Position numbers and translations under genes: made by a program. From Atractiella rhizophila (lineage: Eukaryota): 33,317 nt of DNA. The stretch is taken from the NCBI GenBank assembly GCA_021432655.1, contig MU271251.1, positions 62,001 to 95,317 on the forward strand, written 5' to 3'. Below, piece after piece: positions 10,927 through 21,968 of the stretch (positions within the stretch are counted from its first letter, which is position 1; each line of letters opens with the position of its first letter). The notes under the pieces were generated by a model. It searched no databases and had not been told where the DNA came from. It worked only from the letters and a program-made list of their open reading frames with translations.

Positions 10927-12447
10927 TCAACCCTTCGATGGAATCTCTGGCTCTGCATAAGTCGTGACGGATATCCCCAAATCCTTGAGAACGTCGAAGC
11001 ACTTGATAGCAACATCTTCGTCAGACAAAAGTATTTTGCTGGCATAAGGTCCGAAACGGAGCCGTTCAAGGGCCTGCCATCTCCCGACGCGCTTCTCGTG
11101 AGCCAACACATGCATGGCATACTCCCAAAACTGGAAGGAAATGTCACCAAGAGGCGAGAAATGAAATCCCAGAGATTGGGGACGTGAAGAGAAAGTTGTG
11201 TTCCAGGCCGTGTGAAGGTCTGGATTCGGATTATCCGACGGGACTTGATCCAGGAAAAGCGTGGATGCAGGAGATGTGGCAAAACAATCTTGGCCAAGAG
11301 TCCAATCGATTGGTGGGAATAGATGCACGAGTGTTGCGGTATTGGTAAGTTCCAAAGTTCTCAAGTTGGGCAATTCTGGATAATCGCAAGCTGCATCGAC
11401 TTCGCTGAGCTGAAAGATGCGTTGAATGGAGAGACGTTGTAACGAGGCAGCAAAGGGAGATAGAATGCGATATACACGCGCCCAAATCAATTCTCTACCC
11501 CGGTGGTTCTTGTTATGAAATGTGGAAACAATCTCTAGCGACTCTATCGGTGGCAGCTGGAGATCTGGAGTAAAGCACTTATCGAGGGAGCCAGAGGAAT
11601 CCAATCGCAGATGTCGAAGTGATGGAAAACAGGACACAACACCTCCGGATCCATAGAGATAGTGTCCCCTCAACATGAGATTGGTAATAGAATTGCTGGT
11701 ATTGAGGCGCTCGAGGGTACCGTTGAAGAAGCCGAAAGACAACCATCGACCCAGTAGCTCCAGCTGAAGCTCACAGACGGACGGTGCTGACGTCAACGAG
11801 AGACATATATGGTCGAAGAGATAGTGGACGCGCTTGGTGGCATCAAGATAGGACTCGAGGCTGTGTTGAAACTCCGTTTCAACCAATAGTCGGACTGATT
11901 GAATATGGTTCGCAGGGAAAGTGAGCACCGCAAATGACTGACGCAACAGCCGCTCTGGGTGATGTAAATGAAAATCGCGCAACGTTACTGTCAAAAACCT
12001 TGCCGCAAGGACGCAATTCGAAGGTAAGATAGCAGATAAAGGTTCGATAGGATCCTCTTCATCCTCCTTCCATGTCGGGAGAAACAGTTCCTGGAAGAGG
12101 AAGGGCACGACAAGTACACGCATATAGTTGGAGACAACGCTAAGAGCCAATAAATTGGCATTTGAGAATGGAGGTGAACGGATAGAAGGAGGTGTGTGCA
12201 GAGTCCTAAGGATGTCGATTTGGATTTCAACTGGTAGATCAAGGAATCGAAAAGGAAAAGCGAGCAGAGAAAGTCTTGACTCCTCCTGTACAAACGTCAG
12301 CCAGTAGCTTTGAGGCGCGTGGAATAATGTGAAACGAACAGAGCGTCGACTTGCAAAAGAGAGAAAGCAGGACTTCCAAGGGACGTAGGGTGTGGATGCC
12401 TCCAATTCATCGTACTCAATCATGTCGTCCCCCGTAACTTGCATCAA
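10927..12447 (-). CDS. F-box-like protein with degenerate leucine-rich (RNI-like) repeats; start uncertain, possible short 5' intron
   Basis: 506-codon ORF with an F-box-type segment FRFLDLPVEIQIDILRTL...LLALSVVSNYMRVLVVPFLF, followed by LxxLxL repeats (ITNLML, LRHLRL, IESLEI, LQRLSI, LRTLEL, LERLRF). A branch point/acceptor (CTGAC..TACAG) near 12286-12300 suggests a 5' intron. Confidence 0.75.
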   Translation of the reverse strand: MMQVTGDDMIEYDELEASTPYVPWKSCFLSFASRRSVRFTLFHAPQSYWLTFVQEESRLSLLAFPFRFLDLPVEIQIDILRTLHTPPSIRSPPFSNANLLALSVVSNYMRVLVVPFLFQELFLPTWKEDEEDPIEPLSAILPSNCVLAARFLTVTLRDFHLHHPERLLRQSFAVLTFPANHIQSVRLLVETEFQHSLESYLDATKRVHYLFDHICLSLTSAPSVCELQLELLGRWLSFGFFNGTLERLNTSNSITNLMLRGHYLYGSGGVVSCFPSLRHLRLDSSGSLDKCFTPDLQLPPIESLEIVSTFHNKNHRGRELIWARVYRILSPFAASLQRLSIQRIFQLSEVDAACDYPELPNLRTLELTNTATLVHLFPPIDWTLGQDCFATSPASTLFLDQVPSDNPNPDLHTAWNTTFSSRPQSLGFHFSPLGDISFQFWEYAMHVLAHEKRVGRWQALERLRFGPYASKILLSDEDVAIKCFDVLKDLGISVTTYAEPEIPSKG

Positions 12448-12799
12448 GCTAATCGATGCCGCCCATCAAAAATGAAGTTATGAACAGGGTAATTTGGTGG
12501 AAACGCAGGTGAAAGGTGCTCTAATGCTGGACAGCACAAGAAGCAATCGAAGGCGCACAAAACGCACACATTTATTATTTTATCAGAAATAAAACGAACT
12601 TCTTGTCCCTTCGGAGACCTATCGTCGCAACTCTCCAACCCAGTGGCCATCTCCTCTTGTAGCTTCAACTACCTAATGATTTAAGTTGATTACCATCAGC
12701 AAGAAGCGAGACGAAGAACGACCGTACCCAAACACAACCAACCAACCACGAAGCTTTGAGAGGCTATACTGACGATAATCCAGCTGACACCTTCTAATC

Positions 12800-15700
12800 A
12801 TGTCTCCTCGTCCCTCCACCCCTTCTTCCCCACCGCCACGAACCACTTCTCCTGCCAATCCTCTCCCCACTTCCAACGGCGGCACGACCAACTTCGCGGC
12901 AGCACTGTCAACATGGAAGAGCATTGACCTAGGAAACCTCCAGAAGACACTGGATGGACAGGGGATTGAGATTGTGCAGCAGCAAAAGGACAGCTTGGTG
13001 GGAAGGAAGAAGCTGGCGGAAGCGACAAGGGGTATGTGTGACTTCATTCTTCTCTTCTTGTTCCAAGGAGTGTGGTCGGAAGGTCGGAGAGGGACTGGGA
13101 GAGAGGATTCATCAAGGACGAGGGAATATGACAATCAAATTGCTATAGTGGTTGAGCTGGAAGGCGGAGACTAAGTATGGTCTGCCTTTGCCACAAGCTC
13201 AGCATAAACCATACCTGGTCTTGCTTTCAGTCTGTTCTACACGTTTTATGTGTGAAGCATGCGAGCGGGTTAGAGGGATGGGGAAAGCAAGGAGAGGGCG
13301 AGAGTCCTCACATATTCTCAGTCGCTTCCCTTGAACACATTTGGTGTCTTGCTTTGGTGAAGGCATAGATTCAAGTTCACATCACTGGCGAGACCGTTCT
13401 ACAGCCTGCTAACGGAATGGCTCTATAATCCATCGCAAATGAGAGAAGCAGAGAGTCGACGCATGCACAGTCCAATGCTGCTCTTACCCATGGAGGAACA
13501 GTGTCTTCTTTTGTTATGCGTATCTAAGGCATGGATGCAGCAGCTATTGAATGAAGGGTGATTCTTCCATGCACTTTTGAGCCTGCGTATCGTTATGTGT
13601 CCCAGTTTCAGTTTGCCAACGGAATTGGTGCACTTTCGTGAGAGAGGTTAGAGACCCTCCTCGCTATATACTTTGCAGAACCTGTATGCCTCTGGTATTA
13701 GTAGAGCAAGATATCACTGACAAGATATTGCTCCGTTCTCAACATCCTGAATACAATTTCTTCTGCGTCTCTTTGTTGAAATATAGGTGCAATATGCCCA
13801 AGAGAGCGCCGTTATCTCGCGTTCAAAATGTGACACTCCGAACTGATTCTTGGGCTACAGAATTCAAAAAGATTTCGGACGAGGAGAAAGTTCAAGCTTT
13901 CAAAGGTCTGTTGAAGTGTAAGTGGACAATATTTATGCTCTCAGTGCACATTGACAAGCTGTCGACAGCATATCAGAGCGAAATCGATGCTCTCACGACC
14001 CGCTGTAAATTTTCCGAATCGTCTTTCCTTTCGGTCTACCGTCTACTCGCCGAAGCACCAGACCCTTATCCTTTGCTTGACGCTGCTGTCGACCAAACCG
14101 CTCTTGCCTCCACATCTAAAGCTTTGGAATCGCAACTCCAACGTGTACAGGGTGAATTGGCTACGGTGAAGGGAGAGAATGAGAAGCTGAAGAAGGAGGT
14201 GAAGGAGAAGGAGAAGGTAAAGGAGCGCTTGGAGAAGGTACAAGAGGACATGGAGCGTATGGTCTCTGAGCGGACGAAGGTGAAGGAGAAGGAAGTCGAG
14301 GCGATGTGGGAGGAGAAGATGAGGAATTATGAGGAGAGGTACTCAATTTCCTTTCACCCTTTCCGAATGTTGACCTCGGGTGTTCTCAAGGGAGCAATCA
14401 TCCACTCGCCAACTTGAGCTGCTGAAAAATCAACTAATACAGCTTCGATCATCAAACGAGTCTACACAAGCTCGACTGTTAGACCATAGCGAAAGGCAGG
14501 ATCAAGAGACGCTCGCCCGCCTGGCGGAACTCGAGATGGTGGAGGCGGAACGTGTCCGAGCTGAGTCCCGAGCTGTCGAAACCGAGCGTCGCAACGAGCA
14601 GCTTAGAGCCGAGCTCGAAAGAGCACGGAGCGGCACAGAGGCAAAGGAAGAGTGCGTCTCGCCGTGGCATATTGTGCATCTAAAGCTTACCCTGATGACA
14701 GAATTGCTTCTTTGCGGAATCAGATCGAAGAGTTGCAAAGCGAGGCTGGAACGCTGCTGAGCAGTCTGGAGAGAATGAAGAACGAGAAGGAGGCGGATCG
14801 AAGGGAAAGGGATAGGGCCAGAGAGAAAGAGGAGATGGATCGTCGCATGTGGGAGGATGAAGTTCGCAATCTCAAGGAAAAGCTTGACAGCCATAAAGAT
14901 TACGACGAGGTCAAGCGAGAGCTCGAAATCATGAAGGTTCGCCGTCTGTTGTATTCACTCCCTAGCGGAATTGACTTGTTCTGCAGTACGTCGAGTTCAC
15001 CTCACTGGATCTCGACTCGGAAGAACCAGAAGATGGATTCCCAACTGGCGCTTCCGAAGCATCTTGGGCGTCATCAGCAGAGCTCAAGCTCCCAGATCCC
15101 AACCCGAAGAAAGCTCAATTACCAGATGCTACCCACGGAAACTCATTAGAAGGCTTACTTATGCTTAAAAACCGCCGTCTCCAAACGGATGTCACGACTC
15201 TCCGAGTTACTCACGAAGAGCTCCGAGAGGAATATGAGCGCATCAAACACGAGTTAGACGACCTGAGGCACGTTGCAGACGAGAGGAAGAAGCTGAATCT
15301 CAAGCTCGAAAATGACCTCTTGCGTGTGAATCATTCTGCCAGTCCAGCTACATCTGGGGATGAGATTAGTCGTAGCGCTTCCCCGGGTATCACCCTACCT
15401 GTCAATGCGATTGCTGCGAGGAAAGTGCCAGTACGTGTTTCACAATCAACCGTGTCTTTTGCTCATTGAAGATAAGGATGCGCCGACACCTTCGGAAACC
15501 TCCATCCTTCCCATCATTACCTCCCAACGAGACCGCTTCCGCCAGCGTAACAGCGAGTTAGAGGAAGAGCTTCGCAAGCAGTTCGATATTATTTCTACCC
15601 TGCGAGCAGAGATCAAGTCGCTGCAATCTGACAATTTGAAGTTGTACGAGAAAGTGCGATATCTTCAGAGCTATCGCGAAGATGCTGGGCCGAGTAGTAC

Positions 15701-16119
15701 GACAAACCGGAGTGGCTATAAAGACAAGGATGAGGTGGGAGGCAAATATGGGAGGTTATACGAGCAGACAATGAATCCCTTCGAGACGTTTCAAAAGAGG
15801 GTGCGTGACGTTTCCATTTGCACCAAACACAGCGAGCTGATGATGCCGGATAGGAACAAACTCGAGCTGTTCAGAATCTAAACCCGTTTGATAAGATTCT
15901 CCTGACATTCGCCAATGTCATCTTGGGCAAGAGAATGAGAAGAAACTTCTTCATTCTCTATGCCTTAGGCTTGCATGTTTTGTAAGTTTCTCCCCTCTAC
16001 CTCCTCCACCGCGCTCATCAGAAATATCTAGTGTGATGTTCACGATGTACGAAGCTGCCTGGAGCAGTGAAGGCTCTCGGGTCGAAAACGTTCCTTTGAC
16101 ACCCCCCATTCGTATCTAG
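12800..16119 (+). CDS. COY1: Golgin CASP/Coy1 (coiled coil, CASP C-terminal domain, tail anchor); 9 exons
   Basis: N-terminus ALSTWKSIDL..LQKTLD..RKKLAEATR|EFKK spans intron 13032-13860, followed by YQSEIDALT.RCKFSESSFL..Y..LAEAPDPYPLL. The C-terminus has SILPIITSQRDRFRQRNSELEEE..LQSDNLKLYEKVRYLQSY and a TM segment FFILYALGLHVF with the conserved Y/H. Stop TAG at 16117-16119. Confidence 0.95.
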
Positions 16120-16455
16120 TTTTTCGTCCCTTGAGTTACACATTGCATGATTTTTGGATATATTCTTTCATATCCATACTCCGATGCATTGCATGTCTCG
16201 ATTTGCGGGATGTATTGTGGTCTGAAAAGCATATGAATAAGTACACGAAAAAGGTATGTGGAGGATCAAGTTTTGAATGATGTTAGGTTTTCCCTTAAAA
16301 ACGCAGTAAAGCTGAAAAAAGATGTAAAGCATTATCCAAAGGACCCACTGACCGCAGGACGGTGATACGTCAAAACTAACAAAATGAAGATGGACAAACA
16401 AAAAAAAATGCAATATAACTAAGTACTAAGAATACAGCGTTGATGAGGTGAACAA

Positions 16456-19400
16456 CTAAGATTTTGATGATTGCGGTTGTGTCGGATTTGATTGAGAAGC
16501 AGGAAGGATTGGTTGCGATCCCTTATCGTCTATCGGCGGGTGCTCGTTCGGCGGATGGTAGGTCCAAATATTGGGCATCCTGTGAAGACACGTTGGTGCT
16601 CGCGGAGGTCGAGGATGGCGATCTTGGAAGATGCGGTAGAGGGTGCGGAGGATGGGAGCGAGAGTGGTGAGGAGTTCGAAGAGACATTTTTCGAGAGTTT
16701 TGGAGGTAAGGGATATTATGGAATGCTTTGAATTGAAGGAGGCGGACGGTGGAAACCATGAGGTTTCGGTGGGGATGAGGAGGGGATGGAGACGGATGTG
16801 CAGCTTGATCTGTCCATGCACAAATGTTCATTAGTCGCTACTCTGATAATCTGTTCAAACATAAGAGATGCGTACCTCGAAAGACCTTGCCTCGTCGTCT
16901 AGCATCTTCACAGCAAGCATTGACTGTTCAGCAACCATGAACTTGACAATTTCCGCCGTGCCAAACAACGCCTTGCTCTCCAGCCGCATAATAGGAACAT
17001 AACTTGAAGGATCCACCGATCCGTCCGGACGGGGAGGAGAGGTGCGTTGGGACTCGGACATCTTCCATGGTATGCCACGGCTAGCCAGCTGCATCTCAAC
17101 CTGGTTGATGGACACTCGTAGCCTGTCATCACGGTTCCTGTGTCAATCCCCCAAACTCCAGATCGAAAGAGAGCAGAAAACTTACAGACAGAAACGATAT
17201 AAATCGAGTAAAGACTGATGTGATAGCGCAAAGCCAGCCACACCACTGTTTTAGAAGCAAGGTTTCACTTTCTCTTATTTTCCGAAAGGAAAAAAAAAAA
17301 GAACACGAACCCATTCCCACTCCCTTCCTTCTCTTTCCCCTTCTTACTCCCAGGAGACTCAACCCAGGTAACATTCTCGATGCCCAACCCCATCCCTCCC
17401 TCCGCGTCCAGAGTCTGCTGTAGATGCACCAGTGCGTATTTCAGGCAAGTGTCGGTCATGACGACGACGAGATAGTAGGTCGAGAAATGGGCAAGGGAGA
17501 TAAAGAGGGTGAAACGGGATGGACCGAACTTGGACAGTTCTATTATTCACCGGTTCAACGTCAGTGAAACAACATTCGAGTAACATGAGAGGGAAGTAAG
17601 GAGCAGGTAGATGACAAACCCTGGGGCTGTATCGGAATCTTCCTGTGGGATTCAAGGCCTAAGAAGTCCGCAGTCCTTTCCACCTCCTCGAGCACACTAT
17701 GGATCTTCATCGCCAAAGCGCGATGTGGCAATCCGAGTCTATCGAAATTCGCAGCCCCAGCTGCAGGGTCATATCTCCCAGTTTCCCACCTCTCTTCCCC
17801 CTCTTGCTCTCCTCCCTGCTCTCGTCTTGTATTGAGAGCAAGGATCTCCAACCTGCCACTCCTCGTCTCCACACCAAACCGCAACTTCCTCCCCTCCCTC
17901 AATTCCACCTCAACCCCACTCCTAGCACCCTCAACCAGACGCATCGTCTTTCCCTCCTCGAATCCACACTTTTCTCCCTCCTTCAAGAACACCGGCCACC
18001 ACTCCTTCCTGACCAACCAGCCCGCATGTCGTTTACACACGTCCTCGAGGACTTCCTCGAGCACGAACCGCTCGTCGAACCTGATCTCCCGTTCCAACAC
18101 CTCCCTATCCACCCTCTCCGCGGACCAGAGCACGACCATCTCCTTCTCCTTCGGCTCGTCCGACACCACCCAATCCTCTCGCTCCCGTTTTCGCTGTCGA
18201 CGGGTCAGGAGCGCTTGGAGGTGGTTTTGGAGATTGGAGGGCGGGAGGGAGGGGCGGAGGATGAATTGGAGTTTTCCTCGTGTGGGGAGAGTCTGTGGCG
18301 GCGTGTCCCTCGGAAAGGCGTTGGAAGGGAGTGGGTTCGAGTTACTGCCATCGCATCGCATTCACATTCATCGTTAGTTGTATGAAAAAAAGAACGGAAA
18401 GTGGCGGACGGTGACGTACACCCAGTATTGGATGGTTAACATCCGGAAGTCTCGGCTCATATCCACTTTTATATGGGGACCCCAGACTCCGTCCCTCCCC
18501 AAGGCCAATGCTTGCGCATAAAGGGCATGCATGCGATACTCGTACGTCAACGTGACTATTGTCCCTCTTAGCCAACACACGAGCCGAGCAAAGGAGAAAA
18601 GAGGAGACGGAGGAGGGTACGGACCCATGAAATTCCACAGCCTCGTCAACGGTGCGTCCCTCCACTTCTTCTCCTTCCCTCCCTCACCTTCCATCTCCTT
18701 CATCCTCCCAACCGGCGGCACAAACCTCGGTGCCAACTCCACATCCGCCACTCCGCGTATATTGTCCCTCACCGCACCCTTCACCTTTCTACTCCACCTC
18801 CCACCTTCCCGACCCACCTTCATGACGTCGAACCCAAATTCGACTCCAAAGAGATACCATCTATCCTCCTCGTTCTCTCCAGAGAGTGAGACGGAGAAGG
18901 TGGCCAGGTTGTCGGGGAGGGAGAACCATGCTTTTCCGGAATGAATCTCGTACCTTCTCATCCCCACCGGCAAGATTTCGTTCTGTAATCGGAGGCGGAT
19001 ACATTCGTCCAGCCTTCCGAACAAATCGAGGATCACATCCTTCTCGAGTCGTTCGGGTCGAGAGAAGTACGATTCGAAGACGCCAGGCATCCCTCTCTCC
19101 CAGTCCCCTCGCCGACCAACCTCTAACGATCCCCGCAGATCCCACGGTTTCCCTCGGCCGGCAGGGAAGGTGTCTACGATCTGTTGGAGGACGGAGGCGA
19201 GGTTGAAGGCGTGGCCCATGTGCCTTTCGAGGTAAAGAATGATGTTCATGCATCTCGAAACGGCAGGCGACACGGCGCGAGAGTAAGTGGAGAGGACGTG
19301 AATTTTGAGAAGTTGACGACGGAGGGAGAAGACATAGTTCAGGAGGGCGTGTTTGCGGGCTTTGTCCGTCATTGAACTCCATCTGTCCGTCACCGTAATG

Positions 19401-20054
19401 AGACAAAGTTCCAGCCACCCATTGTTTCACCGTAAGCGGAGAAGAGGCAAAGACTCACGTCTCTTGTATCCCCATCAAATCCTCCCACAACCGCCCCAGC
19501 GTCCGTTCCACCACTTCCCCAAATCCGACCGTCCCCTCAGTCACCACCGGCAAACACCGCTCCAATTCACGCATCACCTCCTCTCTGCCCTGCGGTCCGA
19601 GTGTGGGGAGGATGTGGGCATAAAACCCCTGCGGATCGTCGTACAAGAGGGAGAGATCGAGCTCGGGTTCCTGCTCTCTCGACTCTCTCTCCCGCTCTTT
19701 TCCCTTTCCCTTGTCCCGATCGCGGGAGGAGGAGACGGACGAAAATTTGGCGGACTTCGAAGGAGTGTTGTACGGATCGGGCGTGGGAGGGAAGACGCCC
19801 ATCCCGTGCCCGTTGCTCGTCCCATTCGGATCTCCAGCTCCAGCTCCTGCTCCGCCTCCGCCTCCACCTCCGAAGACGGCCTCTTCCTCCCGCGGGCGCT
19901 TTCCGAGGTTGGAGGGGAAGACGTCGTAAGCGCTGGTGCTGGAGTGGGAGGAATGGGCGGGTCGTTTGGGGTTCGAGGTGGAGGGGTTGGAGGGGTAGGA
20001 GGGAGAAGTGGGCTCCTCCGGCGTGTAGTACGCTGGCGGGAGGTAGGAGGCCAT
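16456..20054 (-). CDS. MED14: Mediator complex subunit 14 (Rgr1); 8 exons, roughly 1030 aa
   Basis: ATG 20054. Introns 19383-19458 and 18556-18624, plus about 18346-18420, 17539-17619, 17244-17310, 17123-17184 and 16810-16875, connect ORFs 19455.., 18374.., 17561.., 17265.., 16855.. and 16456... Med14 N-domain pattern: LPVVTEG..EVVER..EDL..IQETWSSMTDKARKHALLNYV..RRQLLKIHVL. Later segments YYLVVVMTD..KYAL and LLDLYRFC..RV...VEMQLASRGIPW resemble basidiomycete Med14. Confidence 0.85.
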
Positions 20055-20230
20055 GGTGATCCCTCTTCGATCGATGCCCAGTGATGCTCTGAGGAACACG
20101 CTGGGTCAGACGTTTTCGTCGTCTTGCGAGTGCCCCGAGTGCAGAGAAGCAATAAGGTTCCGACCTTGCATTTCTTTGTTGCCAATCATCATCAACTGTC
20201 GTCATCTTCAACATAAGACATACTGTTCAG
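20055..20230. promoter_or_regulatory. Compact bidirectional promoter between MED14 and SNU23
   Basis: Only 176 bp separate the divergent start codons at 20054 (-) and 20231 (+). Confidence 0.6.
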
Positions 20231-21856
20231 ATGAGCAAGTCAGCCTACGGTGAAAAGGCAGCAGCGGTATGTCTGCAACTGTCTAACTTACCGAACGCAG
20301 CTGACGAACAACAGGGACCCTCCTTCCGGCGCACTTGGGATGTAGAGGAATACGCGCAGAAGGCGAAGGAGAAGGTCCGTCGCCACTTTCGCTGCTTGCT
20401 TGTTTATAGAAGGAGACTAAATGTACCTATCTACCTTGGGATAGGACGAGAAGGCGAGAGAACATGCGATTAAGGCCGAAGAGGCAGCTAAGCAGGGTAC
20501 GTCGTCGTTATTGTGTTTCTCGACGCTTGTGTTTCTGCGTTGCATCCGTTTGAGAATTGTGATATGAAAACATCTCTATCAATTAGGTTTTATCAGCGAA
20601 CAGATGGAATGATCTCCATATCTGTAGCACATATGGATGGAATGTTGACTTTAGCACTTTGGCATTACCCACCATCGAGGAAGCGCACATCGTTGTATCG
20701 GGGCGAAAGGGCCGCTGCTGGTCTTCAAACCTGCGTCAGCATGTCATTGGATGATAACCCGAATATCCATTGGCGTCTGATGGACTCCAATATGTGTATA
20801 CACATAGATATGAAGCTCAAATCTCAGTCAGAAGGATTAGGGATTCCTTATAAATCCTGGTCAAATTCTGTGATGTGATGCAGATGCTGAAACTTTGGCC
20901 GAAGAGCTTGCTTCTGCGTCCAGGTTGTCTTGAATACGCAATCATTCCAAACCAACTTGAACTCGGTGTTGGCAGATACTTCCAGTCAAACGGGGGTTAA
21001 GTTAAACGAGTGCGCTCTCGCTCGACGATTTCGCGGTACTTGGTAGTTGTCGGTCCTCCTTCAGTATTCTCATGAAGCCACACCCTCCCAGCCTTTTCTT
21101 TTATGAGTAGTTTCCAACAGTCATTTCCTCAATGCACATTGAGATTTTTTTCTTTCTCTCCCAATTCAGACACTGATACATACACTACGGATTGCTGATA
21201 TTATGAATGGTCACAGGGAAGCGGTATAAGAAGAAGGACGATGTACCGAAACCCACCGAGTTAATGAAAGCTCGAGAGGCGCCATTAAACCTAGACAAAG
21301 ACGTGGGGAAGACGCTGCTCGTTTCAGCCACGACGAATAAAGGCCAGCCGGGCTACTTTTGCGAGACATGCAACAAAGTGTGCAAAGACTCGGTTGGCTA
21401 CTTGGACCATATTAACGGTCGAAATCGTACGCATTTACTGCTCCACAGAAAGCGAGCAAAGGCACACCGGCTGTGACTGTGAATAGATTTGAGACGTCTG
21501 GGACAGACAACCAAGTTGCATCGTTCGACGCTCCAGGAGGTCCGGGAACGGATAGCGATGCTGAGAGAAAAGTCGAAGAAGGAAAGTGATGGGAAGAAAT
21601 ACGATTTCGAGAAACGTCTTAATGATATTCGTGAAACTGAGGTGGGCGTCTGGCTCCATCCTTCTTCTCCCGAACGGGACTGATGAATAATGTACAGAAA
21701 GAGGAGCGAAGGAAGAAGAAGGAGAAGAAGGAAGCGATCAAGGAGCAGAAGCGGAAAGAGGAGGAGGAGAAGGAGAAGATGGACGTGGATGAGGAAGGAG
21801 AGGCTATGATGGGCATGATGGGATTCGCTGGATTTGGAGCTGCGAAAAAACGGTGA
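20231..21856 (+). CDS. SNU23: U4/U6.U5 snRNP-associated matrin-type zinc finger protein Snu23/ZMAT2; 6 exons
   Basis: Spliced product has FRRTWDVEEY, GYFCETCNKVCKDSVGYLDHINGRNH (C2H2 matrin finger), RSTLQEVRERI, YDFEKRL and a terminal MMGFAGFG. Third intron 20497-21216; stop TGA at 21854-21856. Confidence 0.95.
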
Positions 21857-21968
21857 TTCGTGGTATGCACCCACCATTTAGATCCTCTATTACGCATTTT
21901 TGATGTGGTCTTGATACAGCTCTTCTCAACCTTCAGTTCTTCGGCTTCTCTTGTACATCAATGTCTTA

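Noticed and set aside
13638..13860. N-terminal 74 codons of ORF 13638..14417 and ORF 20513..20878
   Set aside because: Both lie inside long introns defined by conserved flanking protein sequence, start at non-ATG codons and show no protein-like features.
16456..17460. Apparent separate small genes (16855..17115, 16456..16821, 17265..17459)
   Set aside because: They splice in frame onto the upstream MED14 exons through canonical introns.
17611..20214. Dense stack of long overlapping ORFs on both strands (e.g. 17699..18385 +, 19353..20084 +, 19567..20214 -)
   Set aside because: These are shadow frames of the GC-rich, purine-skewed MED14 coding strand, with low-complexity translations and no motifs.
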